This document shows, piece after piece, positions 37,207 through 46,189 of a stretch of DNA of 64,000 nt. Made by a program: the position numbers and the translations under genes. Positions within the stretch are counted from its first letter, which is position 1; every line of letters begins with the position of its first letter. The stretch lies in IMG/VR virus record IMGVR_UViG_3300045988_081205, one strand, 5' to 3'. The DNA is from a virus. A model generated the notes under the pieces. That model saw only the letters and a program-made list of their open reading frames with translations. It was not told the DNA's origin and did no database searches.

Positions 37207-37235
37207 AACATAGCACATATTAGATAATTTGTCAA
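37207..37235 (-). promoter_or_regulatory. promoter-like element inside the intron, upstream of the cargo ORF
   Basis: On the - strand: TTGACA (37235-37230), 17-nt spacer, TATGTT (37212-37207). Confidence 0.35.
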
Positions 37236-37574
37236 GGGGTTTTCAAGCCCTTCCCGAATAATTCTTTACCCTATATATTTGGAGGGTCGCCCTGTATATT
37301 CTGTTGACACATCCCTCATCAGGACTTCGCGCCCAATCTGCCCTTTTATGATACATTATTTATCATTGATTCTTTAGGTTTTTCAACCATGGAATCATCC
37401 TTATCGTCTTTCTGCTTTCGCACTAATTCATTGTTAATAATGAATAATTTTCACACTCAGGCATATCTCATCCTCATGTTGTAGTGATAAGGCTCTTGAG
37501 GCTTTCAAGGGTTTAGGGGCTGTTCTCTATGCACATTTACCATCTGTACATACCGGCTCAGACCGATTTGGTTT

Positions 37575-37973
37575 ACCGGTTCTTGCTACTTCTCTGCCAG
37601 ATTGACTTAGCTTTGTAACATATTTATCAAGTGCTGTACCCTGTAAATCACTGACCTTCTTAAAGTCGGTCATAGCATCATCAAGATTCTTGACTTGCTC
37701 ATACATACTGCTTAAAGCACCTGTTGCTAAATCAAGAACTTGTCTAAACTGCTGATAAGTAACAGCAATATTTTCTGTTTCTGCGTTAAGATTTTTCGTG
37801 GATTGAGTTACACCATCTAGCTCTTTTTTAGTTCGCTCTGCACCATCTGCTGTAACACCAATCTTTAACTTAGTATCTTTATTATTTTGGATTTCTCTAA
37901 GTTGTTTCTTTATACTCTCTTCCTGCAGCTGAACATCAACCAGAATCGAGTAGTTAGAGTTACTTCCAGCCAT
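37575..37973 (-). CDS. tail tape-measure protein, exon 1
   Basis: 133 codons ending ...SGREVARTG at the proposed 5' splice site. The track ORF 37527-37973 reads 16 codons into the intron before a TAG. Confidence 0.75.
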
Positions 37974-37976
37974 TCA

Positions 37977-38477
37977 TCACACTCCCTTTTTTATTTGTGA
38001 GTAGGCTATGAGGATTCCTTCTGCGCAATCATCCTCATTTTTTTTGCTACTTGGGGCAACCCATGCCAATTCGAGGCCAAATTCTTCATTCGCCATCTCT
38101 ATGGCTTTTTTCTTCAGAACATCTCTTTGTAATCCAGCTCTAGTACCATCAAAGAGATTAAGGTCGCCACGCCATTTACTTGGCATCAAGAAGCATGGCT
38201 TTATCTTGAAGCCAGCACATAATGCTAATATCACGCCTTGTACTGCGCCCAATTTTTCTATGGTAGACGCTCCTTTTTTTAATGGCACTTCCTCAGCATA
38301 GAGAATTGTCGGCTTATACTGTCTAAATATGCTTGATAATTCCATAGTAAGCCCCATTACTCTGTCATGCCAATCATCGCCCTTTGGCTTAATTGTGCCA
38401 TATGCAATGAGCCGCCCATTATCAAATATAGACCATCCAGTAGATGACGTACTAGCATCTAATCCTGCTATAATCAT
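37977..38477 (-). CDS. RuvC-like Holliday-junction resolvase
   Basis: MIIAGLDASTSSTGWSIF (first catalytic Asp), YAEEV, and C-terminal acidic residues. 166 aa. Confidence 0.6.
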   Translation of the reverse strand: MIIAGLDASTSSTGWSIFDNGRLIAYGTIKPKGDDWHDRVMGLTMELSSIFRQYKPTILYAEEVPLKKGASTIEKLGAVQGVILALCAGFKIKPCFLMPSKWRGDLNLFDGTRAGLQRDVLKKKAIEMANEEFGLELAWVAPSSKKNEDDCAEGILIAYSQIKKGV

Positions 38478-38479
38478 AT

Positions 38480-39034
38480 CTAGTCCACCTTAGTTGTCGT
38501 GACCTCTATGGCTTTATTGTGCATCTGCACTTTAAGCCCAGCCGCCTCCAACCCCTCTTTCATCCATTGTTTCATCTTGCGTCTACCTATGCGTTTATTC
38601 AGTTCTTCCCATGCGTCACGCTTTTTTCTGAATGCGCCATCACCGAATAGCGAACCGGTCGCGCCGTTATATATCAATTCAGCTAAATATGGTCGCGCAT
38701 CTTGTCCATAGAAATCACCAACTAGACCAATATGTTGTCCATAGCTAGAGCTACTTGGGTCAGTGCTACCAATGCTCATCTTATCGGGTTTGTATTTGAA
38801 CTCGCCCTCAACTGTTCTTTCATTTACTACTTTTGTAGTACCAGCTCCCCATGCTCTATAGAAATCACCAGTCCGCTCATATTCTTCTGGGCTATATGCC
38901 ATATACACTATATCATGTATCGCGCCTATATTCTCATCATATATCTTGTCTATGACATAGTTTATAGCTTTAGCTATAGGGCTATGTAACATAGCTAAGA
39001 CTTCTTTATCATTTCGTGCTTGGGATAGAGGCAT
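38480..39034 (-). CDS. hypothetical protein
   Basis: 184-aa ORF between the chaperone-like gene and the RuvC-like gene. Confidence 0.5.
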   Translation of the reverse strand: MPLSQARNDKEVLAMLHSPIAKAINYVIDKIYDENIGAIHDIVYMAYSPEEYERTGDFYRAWGAGTTKVVNERTVEGEFKYKPDKMSIGSTDPSSSSYGQHIGLVGDFYGQDARPYLAELIYNGATGSLFGDGAFRKKRDAWEELNKRIGRRKMKQWMKEGLEAAGLKVQMHNKAIEVTTTKVD

Positions 39035-39410
39035 TTTTCATCACCTCATCTACCTTATTACTAAATCTTGGTAATTCTCTTGCAATCTGCGTAATAGACT
39101 TCTGTAGAGATTCTTCATACTTGATGGCATCATACAACTGGAAGATATTTTCAATTCTATCATGCACTTCTTCAATGATGCCCGTCTTTAACCAATAATC
39201 ATGATCATGCGCCTCAATTTCTTCTTTCTTGAGGTCAGTTGCAAAATATAGAATGCACATATCAATGCTCTGTTGCCGCTCTGCCCATGAATTTAGTTTC
39301 TTTAGCCCATCAACAATAGACTGAATTTGACTATACGTTAGATACTGATTGACCTTAATGCCATATTCTTTAATCTCTACTGGCTCTTTGCTCATAATAT
39401 TTTCCTTCAT
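39009..39410 (-). CDS. putative tail assembly chaperone
   Basis: 133 aa, acidic and helical. Located between the major tail and tape-measure genes. Confidence 0.35.
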   Translation of the reverse strand: MKENIMSKEPVEIKEYGIKVNQYLTYSQIQSIVDGLKKLNSWAERQQSIDMCILYFATDLKKEEIEAHDHDYWLKTGIIEEVHDRIENIFQLYDAIKYEESLQKSITQIARELPRFSNKVDEVMKNASIPSTK

Positions 39411-39736
39411 TATTCCTTATTCTCCTTTACAATTACCTTATATTTTCCTTTATATTTCCTTAATTCTACATTATCTGGGATATAATTATATGGGTTTTCC
39501 ACCTTAATAACCTCATCACCCACTTTGACGTATAGATAGCCATGCCGCTCAAACTGTACATTGCCAGTTGGCGCAGACTTGATTGGGCAATTCGCCATAT
39601 ATGCTAGGGGCTTCCAAATATGATGCTCAATACAACGCCTGACATGAGGACAGATAGGATTTCCCTCTTGCTTGTTGCAAGTTGGGATTTCGTCATAATT
39701 CACTACATTACAATATGGACAATCCACTATTTTCAC
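39410..39736 (-). CDS. hypothetical Cys-rich protein
   Basis: 108 aa. CPYC...C...CPH..RC. Confidence 0.5.
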   Translation of the reverse strand: MKIVDCPYCNVVNYDEIPTCNKQEGNPICPHVRRCIEHHIWKPLAYMANCPIKSAPTGNVQFERHGYLYVKVGDEVIKVENPYNYIPDNVELRKYKGKYKVIVKENKE

Positions 39737-39759
39737 CTACTTTGTTTGAATGTAATAAA

Positions 39760-39789
39760 ATGGGGAAAGATACGAATATCTCTCCCCAT
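39760..39789 (-). terminator. intrinsic terminator/attenuator after the major tail gene
   Basis: ATGGGGA / TCCCCAT stem, followed on the - strand by TTTATT. Confidence 0.55.
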
Positions 39790-39803
39790 TAAAATTAAAC
39801 GCA

Positions 39804-40874
39804 TTAGCCGGTTACAGTAACCTCAGCATAACCAACAACGGCTGGACCATTGCCGGGGTCAGCACCCTTTAGAGTTGCAGAAATATGAGCCGTGCCAGCC
39901 TTAGCCGCAGTGACTACGCCAGCCGTACTAATAGTAACCACACCATCTCCATCTTCTTCAGCGAACGTAAAGTTAGCATTATCAACAATCTTAGGAGCCT
40001 TATTGCCATCAAATAGCACATAGCAAACTAGAGCCTGAGTGCCCCCATTTGCTAGAGCAATATCAGCATCCTCAAATGCGATGGCTCTGACTTCGTTCTG
40101 CCACTTTGCGCCAAAGATTTCTTCGGTCATAGTGCCATAGTAAGATTCAGCCTCGCAAGAATCAGTGTTATCAACTGCTAGAGCAGAGCCAGACAGAGAA
40201 ACAGTAGCCGCAGAAGTTGCGGTAAGATTAAGGTCTTGTGCGCCGTCAAGCTGTAGTCTAGGAATATCAGTGATTAGACGACCAACTTTGGTTGCATTGT
40301 TCGTAGTGGAAATATCCGCATTGAACAGGTCGTTAAGAATGATGACATGAAGCTCATCTGGTACATAGTCAACTGGGATAATAATGCTATCAGCATTGGC
40401 ATTCTGATAGAAATACATCACACAATACTTCTCGCCAGCCTTAGCGTTAGGAATAGCCATTGTATATGCGCCAGCCGCTTCAGTAATAGTGCCAACGGTA
40501 TAGTCCTTCTCGCTAGGAGTACGATACCAACCAATCATAGAACCAGCAACAGCGGTTGGAGCCTGTGGCAAAGTGACCTTACCAGCAGTCTGAACGGTTA
40601 GCTCATTTTGATAAACACCAAGACCGCCCTTCTGTAGATCAACACCAAGGTTAGCGGCAATATACTCTAGCTTGAAGCAAGAGTCAGTAATCTGAACAGT
40701 TAGACCAGAGTCATGGTAATACTTACCGATTAGTGCATTGCCCTTACCTCCACGGATTTCCTCCGAAGAAATAGTAAAGCCAAAGGTTGACTCGGTTAGA
40801 GTCTTAGCGAAGCCGATGATAGTCTGACCCTTAAGGAGAATAGCATCACCAACGCCAGCTAGGAATTTTCTCAT
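39804..40874 (-). CDS. major tail protein with C-terminal Ig-like (Big_2-type) domain
   Basis: 356 aa, strong SD. The C-terminus VVTISTAGVVTAAKAGTAHISATLKG...AEVTVTG is typical of Big_2. Position and the following terminator suggest high expression. Confidence 0.55.
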   Translation of the reverse strand: MRKFLAGVGDAILLKGQTIIGFAKTLTESTFGFTISSEEIRGGKGNALIGKYYHDSGLTVQITDSCFKLEYIAANLGVDLQKGGLGVYQNELTVQTAGKVTLPQAPTAVAGSMIGWYRTPSEKDYTVGTITEAAGAYTMAIPNAKAGEKYCVMYFYQNANADSIIIPVDYVPDELHVIILNDLFNADISTTNNATKVGRLITDIPRLQLDGAQDLNLTATSAATVSLSGSALAVDNTDSCEAESYYGTMTEEIFGAKWQNEVRAIAFEDADIALANGGTQALVCYVLFDGNKAPKIVDNANFTFAEEDGDGVVTISTAGVVTAAKAGTAHISATLKGADPGNGPAVVGYAEVTVTG

Positions 40875-40888
40875 ATAAGATTTCCTCC

Positions 40889-41713
40889 TTATTGATTTAC
40901 AATGTTATTTATTTGTTTTATCATATCGGAGTTGGCTTGTTTAACTATGCCATCTCCACCCATAGATTTATTGTAAGACTCAACAGATGTAATATACCCA
41001 TCGAGCCTGTCTTTCTTTTTCTTGTATATCCAATGCTCAAGCTCTTTAGCTTTTCCAGCATATAGCATAATAGGACGCAAAGTTGTAAACTCAACCTCTC
41101 CTGCGCATTCTTCAAATAATAACTGCAATGACCGCATTGTATACTGCATCAATGTTTGCTTATCAATGCCGCAATGAGCCGTAATGATAGCCATACGCCG
41201 TTCTAGGCTCGGTGTGCTGATACCCTGACTTTTCAATCTATCTACTTCACCCATCATCTTTTTCAAATCTGGATCGATATAGGTATCATCATAGTGCGGC
41301 ACGTTCTGATACAATATGATGCGCTTAATATCATCAAATTGCTTACCTGTAATTTCAAACGAATCATCAGGCGCAAGTATGCTAATTTTTTTCTTTTCAT
41401 TCATCTTGATTTTCCAATCTGGCATACCAAGACACAATTTCAAAATATTACAGAATTTATCTAGCATCAATCCTGATTGGTCTGTAGGTAACATGACTTT
41501 AAGTAAAAAATCAAGATAGCTCATCTGTATTATCTCAACAGAATTAAGCGCGTTTTTATCTATTTGAAGAATATCACAACTTGACAAAAAGACCTCGCTG
41601 TCGTATACTGATATAGGCGTTATATCAATATGGGTCGTATCTGATAATTTATATGGTACCGGCTTATCGAAATAAAAATATCCTTTTTCAAGGACGGCAA
41701 TATCAATCGCCAC
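40889..41713 (-). CDS. hypothetical head-tail joining region protein
   Basis: 274-aa ORF. Confidence 0.45.
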   Translation of the reverse strand: MAIDIAVLEKGYFYFDKPVPYKLSDTTHIDITPISVYDSEVFLSSCDILQIDKNALNSVEIIQMSYLDFLLKVMLPTDQSGLMLDKFCNILKLCLGMPDWKIKMNEKKKISILAPDDSFEITGKQFDDIKRIILYQNVPHYDDTYIDPDLKKMMGEVDRLKSQGISTPSLERRMAIITAHCGIDKQTLMQYTMRSLQLLFEECAGEVEFTTLRPIMLYAGKAKELEHWIYKKKKDRLDGYITSVESYNKSMGGDGIVKQANSDMIKQINNIVNQ

Positions 41714-42281
41714 AATCTACCACCTTACCAGAATCACCAACATTGACCGCCATATATAGCTGAACACCTGTGAATGTCTTATTGTTACCAATAGTTGATT
41801 TAGCCGCGCTATATCGGCTCATATCATTTAAGAACATGAGCTTACCTACGCCGCCTACTTCTGCGCCATTAAGCAAATATAGCATACAATGAATGAACAA
41901 ATCGCCGCGATTAACAGGAATACCGTTATATTCAACTAGACTCATCTGACCACCATATAAACAATCAAACGCATAGACTACTGTGCTAGTATATAACTCA
42001 GAAGCATGGATGTAATATTGGTATATCTTAACAACCTGCTTGGATTCAGCCATAGCGTCCTCAATTAGATTGGTTAAGAATACACTATATATATCCTGCT
42101 TGCCCTGCGCCCATACTAGCTTCATCTTCTGTTGAAATGTAAGCGGTTCATGGCTCAACGCCTTATAGTCCTTATATGCCAGCATTTTCCAAAAGACATC
42201 GGCAACAGGGTCGGTCGATTTTGCTAAATATACCATAATATTATATGGTATTGTCGGTAAACGACTTAATGAATTATACAT
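41703..42281 (-). CDS. hypothetical head-tail joining region protein
   Basis: 192-aa ORF with SD AAGGAGGG. Confidence 0.5.
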   Translation of the reverse strand: MYNSLSRLPTIPYNIMVYLAKSTDPVADVFWKMLAYKDYKALSHEPLTFQQKMKLVWAQGKQDIYSVFLTNLIEDAMAESKQVVKIYQYYIHASELYTSTVVYAFDCLYGGQMSLVEYNGIPVNRGDLFIHCMLYLLNGAEVGGVGKLMFLNDMSRYSAAKSTIGNNKTFTGVQLYMAVNVGDSGKVVDCGD

Positions 42282-42295
42282 CTAACCGCCCTCCT

Positions 42296-43048
42296 TTAGC
42301 CCATTGGAAATGGCGCGTTTTCATCCATTGGATAATCAACAGAGCTATTATCCGCAAGTTGATTCGCAATATCATCGCCAGCATGAACCTCATCAAGATA
42401 TAGCTCAAGAGTAAGCAATGTCGGCTTATCGATACCATATGCGTTGATTGCGTTTTGATAAGATAACAGCTTGAATGGTCTGCCACCTAGAATATATCTT
42501 GTATTCAACTTGAATAGTCTATATACATCCTCATTGCCCTGAACCATAACAACAGCATGGTTGTTTGGCGTAATGATTGGTGTACTCACCTGTGCTGATG
42601 GTGATTGCATATCATAGTCGACAACGCATGGCGCGCTAAAGATTACGTCATTGACCTCATCTTTAATACGCATGACATTGTTACAACGACGCACGCCAAC
42701 GGCACGTGGCAAACCATCAAATTTGCCAGAATCATGGACAATCCACACGTTATTATCGAACTTATAATACAGTCCACGCACAACAAAATGGTCAATGTTC
42801 CTAAATATTAGCTGTAAGAAATCTATAGTATCCTTTTGTCCTGTCGATGTGGTTGCCACAGTAGGCGCAACCCATGCTTGGACACAGCTGTATTCATTAG
42901 ACCCTATTTCATTTTGTTCTAGCAATTCGCCACCATTCTCCGGCGTTTTAGCAGACGTGTTGTACCATTGCGCACAAATGTATTCTTGCGTCAAATCACG
43001 ATAATAATCATTGGGGTTTGGTTGATATTGAAACATCTCGTATGCCAT
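42296..43048 (-). CDS. hypothetical virion protein
   Basis: The ATG at 43048 is preferred (the track opens at 43069). Confidence 0.5.
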   Translation of the reverse strand: MAYEMFQYQPNPNDYYRDLTQEYICAQWYNTSAKTPENGGELLEQNEIGSNEYSCVQAWVAPTVATTSTGQKDTIDFLQLIFRNIDHFVVRGLYYKFDNNVWIVHDSGKFDGLPRAVGVRRCNNVMRIKDEVNDVIFSAPCVVDYDMQSPSAQVSTPIITPNNHAVVMVQGNEDVYRLFKLNTRYILGGRPFKLLSYQNAINAYGIDKPTLLTLELYLDEVHAGDDIANQLADNSSVDYPMDENAPFPMG

Positions 43049-43049
43049 A

Positions 43050-43316
43050 TCAATCACCCATCCTTTCAATCCTGTTCGTCATGCGCAATACACATGAACG
43101 AATAATAGGATGAGTAAGCTCAAGCCCCATTTTACTTAATCCTGCCAATGTATCAGCAATTTCACCATCAACCGCTCTAAATCGCACAGATAGCCGCTCA
43201 CAATATGTTGTATAGTCGGATTCTTCGATTGTCGGTTCAAGACTGATTAAATCTTCAAACAATAACAGAACTTTATATAAAGCATGAATTTTATCTTGCT
43301 TGTCTGTTCTACTCAT
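43050..43316 (-). CDS. hypothetical protein
   Basis: 88-aa ORF. Confidence 0.5.
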   Translation of the reverse strand: MSRTDKQDKIHALYKVLLLFEDLISLEPTIEESDYTTYCERLSVRFRAVDGEIADTLAGLSKMGLELTHPIIRSCVLRMTNRIERMGD

Positions 43317-43330
43317 ATATCCACCCCTCT

Positions 43331-43771
43331 TTAATAATTATAGGAGGATAGATATAAGAGCTGGTATTTGTCGTGAATGAGCCTATCTACATCTTCTTCT
43401 AGCTTATCAATGACGTTCTGTTTTTCTTTGAAATTCTGCGAGGATACGCCATCCATCTGGAAAGATGATGGAACTTTAAGTTTTTGTGCAATCTGTGTTG
43501 CTACGTCCGTCTCGCCGCGCCACCAGTATATTACCCAATATTCGGCAAGAATCTGAATCTCTAAATCTGTTAAATCTGCGTCAAATTGTCTAAGCTCTGA
43601 ATCGTATGTTAACGGTTGTTCACATTCTATAAACTTTGCAGCTGAACTAACGATCCACCCATCAATCTTGTCGTGAAACAGCTCAATATTTGCATCATAT
43701 AGCTTGCGTAGTTTATAGTCATCAATTACACTTAATGCTCTTTGTCCAATAACATCAAATGATGTTGCCAT
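43331..43771 (-). CDS. putative head-tail connector/adaptor protein
   Basis: 146 aa. The call rests on position after the capsid module only. Confidence 0.3.
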   Translation of the reverse strand: MATSFDVIGQRALSVIDDYKLRKLYDANIELFHDKIDGWIVSSAAKFIECEQPLTYDSELRQFDADLTDLEIQILAEYWVIYWWRGETDVATQIAQKLKVPSSFQMDGVSSQNFKEKQNVIDKLEEDVDRLIHDKYQLLYLSSYNY

Positions 43772-43777
43772 AATTTA

Positions 43778-44434
43778 TCACTCCTTGTCATCAAGGGGTT
43801 CAATATCAATTAGATTTTTACCACTAAGTTCACCAATCTTAACAAGCACGTTCGCATCGACCGGATGTCCATCAAGCACCATATTAGAAATAGTATCTAC
43901 AATGATTTGCTTCTGCTGGTCAGTTGCGCCCTTATATACTTCACAGATATCAACTACATTCTGCTTGAGTAGCTCCTTGAGCTTTGTCGCACTAAGAATA
44001 TGACGATAAATTTCATCTAGGTCGCACTTATGAACAAATTCTGGGTCATCAATATATACCATGCCGCTAGATACGGTTTCGGGCATATTATTTACAACAG
44101 AAAATGCTTCTGACTCTGGAATCATCTTATACTTATACTGTCCTTCAATTCTATGCATACGAGTTCCGCGCAAATTGATATTGCCAGGACACATATTGAT
44201 GAACTTGATATTTCTAAGCGCCTTAGATTTATCCTCGACAGATGCCACATCTGTCTTAATCTGAGACTGTGCTTGCATAAGCACCTGCATCTGCGCCATC
44301 ATTTCTTCCATGCGCTTCTGCTGTTCTGCAAGCTGTGCCTTTAATGCCTCTTTTTCGGCATCAACAACAGGTGCTTCAGTCTGCTTGGTTGTCTTGGTAG
44401 TCGTAGTGGATTTAGTGTTTGTAGTATTTGCCAT
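43778..44434 (-). CDS. hypothetical protein with Thr-rich N-terminus and coiled coil
   Basis: 218-aa ORF immediately after the major capsid gene. Confidence 0.5.
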   Translation of the reverse strand: MANTTNTKSTTTTKTTKQTEAPVVDAEKEALKAQLAEQQKRMEEMMAQMQVLMQAQSQIKTDVASVEDKSKALRNIKFINMCPGNINLRGTRMHRIEGQYKYKMIPESEAFSVVNNMPETVSSGMVYIDDPEFVHKCDLDEIYRHILSATKLKELLKQNVVDICEVYKGATDQQKQIIVDTISNMVLDGHPVDANVLVKIGELSGKNLIDIEPLDDKE

Positions 44435-44470
44435 TCCTTTTATTTTCCTTTCTTATTTCCGTTATAAATA

Positions 44471-44493
44471 GAGAGGGGTTAATAACCCCTCTC
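44471..44493 (-). terminator. hairpin attenuator/terminator after the major capsid gene
   Basis: GAGAGGGG / CCCCTCTC stem, followed on the - strand by TATTTAT. Confidence 0.5.
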
Positions 44494-44502
44494 AGATAAT
44501 TA

Positions 44503-45594
44503 TTACTCAGTGATGGTGTATAGACCAGCGAAGGATGCACCAACAAACTCGAAGCCATAGTTTTTGCGCATTGTAAAATTCTGTGTAAGATCAGCATTCT
44601 CATAGAACTGATTGCTGTTGGTTAGAGTTGTAGACATAGCACCAACAACTAGCTTAGAACCAACAGGAGAAACAACATATAGCTTGTTGTCATCAAGAGC
44701 TAGACCATAGTTAGAGCCAGTAGGCATCTGAGGTAGCTCATAGAGAGCAAAGCCATAGAAGTCACGGAGAACATGGACAGAGCCGCCATTGGCGTCGTAA
44801 GTACCACGATAGCCCATAGTGCTATCAGGTAGAACGTTAGCTAGAGCAGAAGCAGTGCCCATGATAATTGGCTTAATGCCATTGTTATAAGCCTGAACGC
44901 GCTGTGCTAGGGCAATAAGCTTCTTAGCGTCAAACGCGGCATTCTCTAGGAACTGAGAAGGATAAGAAGCACCAGCTAGACCGGCATTAAGAGCGGCAAC
45001 AGCCATCTTCTGCATATCAATCTCAATGGAAAGAACGATAGCACGGACGAAATCAGCAATATCTTCCTTGCCAGCCATTACACGATACATATCAACGTAA
45101 GTGGTGATAATGCGCTCCTGCATGGAAATTACAACATCACCAGCATACTTCTTCTGACGGAAAGTAGTGCGCTCACCAGTACCACCAGCAGAGACAGTGT
45201 AAAGGGTACGAGGCATAACCTTGACCTTAACAATATCGCCAATGCCAGCCATACGGAAATCAACGAATGGAGCAAGAGACTCAGTAACATATGCAGGAAG
45301 AACTGCATTGACTAGAGCGTTAATAACTGCGAAGTTTGCCCAACGAACCATAGGATTAGCTGCCCACGCATCAGCATTCTCAGCGTTACGAGTGCAGTTG
45401 GAAAGACGCTCAACTTCTGCAAAATATGCGGCGTTGACAACATCGTGCTTTTCAGCAAGAGGCTTAGTTGCATCATAAGCGCCTAGCTTACGGCCCTGTT
45501 CAGCCTCGGACTTGTGGAAATGATAGTCCATGAACTGCTCATAGAACTTAGTGTTTCCATTGGAGAAAGCAACAATCTCTTTACTTAGATTCAT
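44503..45594 (-). CDS. major capsid protein
   Basis: 363 aa, strong SD AAAGGAGA. Position after the protease/scaffold and decoration-like genes. Followed by a hairpin. Confidence 0.6.
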   Translation of the reverse strand: MNLSKEIVAFSNGNTKFYEQFMDYHFHKSEAEQGRKLGAYDATKPLAEKHDVVNAAYFAEVERLSNCTRNAENADAWAANPMVRWANFAVINALVNAVLPAYVTESLAPFVDFRMAGIGDIVKVKVMPRTLYTVSAGGTGERTTFRQKKYAGDVVISMQERIITTYVDMYRVMAGKEDIADFVRAIVLSIEIDMQKMAVAALNAGLAGASYPSQFLENAAFDAKKLIALAQRVQAYNNGIKPIIMGTASALANVLPDSTMGYRGTYDANGGSVHVLRDFYGFALYELPQMPTGSNYGLALDDNKLYVVSPVGSKLVVGAMSTTLTNSNQFYENADLTQNFTMRKNYGFEFVGASFAGLYTITE

Positions 45595-45629
45595 AATATA
45601 TATCTCCTTTACTTATTTATTAAATTTAA

Positions 45630-46154
45630 TTAGTTGCGGGCGCACTTGAGAATCCAAGTAGGAACAGCTTCAATACCAATATCAACGGTATGCTCAGCCT
45701 CAATGGTAAAATAAGTACCAGAAGCAGGAGCGCTAGCAACTGCGACTAGGCGACCATCAATACCAACAGAGGCAACAGTAGCACTAGCGACAGTCTTGGG
45801 GTCCTTAGCATCTTGGAATGCAGAAGCAGGAACCTCAATGAAAGTACGACCAGCAGTTAGGCCCTTAATGGAGAATGCACTGCCCTTGGGGTTATAGAAA
45901 TAACGTGGATCGCTCATCTCCTGCATTTCAACAGTAGAGCCAACAGCGGGCTTTTCAACAAGCCATAGGTCAGTAGCATTAGCGGCAGGTAGTGTACAAG
46001 CAAATTCATAGCCACCATCAGTCTTTAGACCAAGAGCACCACGAGTAACAAACTGACCATTGTCTAGATCAACAGTAGCAATACCAGCACAGTTGATGGC
46101 ATCATTCTGCCAATCGTCAAGAGTGCGGATAACAAAAGAGTGAGTATTAGCCAT
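45630..46154 (-). CDS. putative head decoration / capsid accessory protein
   Basis: 174-aa beta-rich ORF directly upstream of the capsid gene. Confidence 0.3.
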   Translation of the reverse strand: MANTHSFVIRTLDDWQNDAINCAGIATVDLDNGQFVTRGALGLKTDGGYEFACTLPAANATDLWLVEKPAVGSTVEMQEMSDPRYFYNPKGSAFSIKGLTAGRTFIEVPASAFQDAKDPKTVASATVASVGIDGRLVAVASAPASGTYFTIEAEHTVDIGIEAVPTWILKCARN

Positions 46155-46189
46155 AATATATTTGTCTCCTTTTTAATCAATTTTAGTTT

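Larger units (their letters stand above)
36957..37574 (-). mobile_element. group I intron interrupting the tape-measure gene
   Basis: The 5' exon end ACCGGU pairs with the internal guide GCCGGU (37552-37557), giving P1 with a U.G at the splice site. The adjacent UCUGA pairs with the first exon-2 bases UCAGA (P10). The last intron base is G. The exons ligate in frame as ...VARTG|SEMVSAAS.... Confidence 0.75.

Noticed and set aside
37315-37322. CUGAUGAG (hammerhead core-like octamer) inside the tape-measure intron
   Set aside because: There is no matching CGAAA/stem III arrangement or cleavage-site context nearby. It is probably coincidental within the intron core.
39009-39034. Programmed -1/+1 frameshift fusing the chaperone-like ORF (39009-39410) to the 184-aa ORF (38480-39034), like gpG/gpGT
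   Set aside because: The downstream frame is closed by a TGA immediately upstream of its ATG, within the 26-nt overlap. The only A-run (GAAAAAT) is not a canonical slippery heptamer and would shift into a different frame that terminates quickly.
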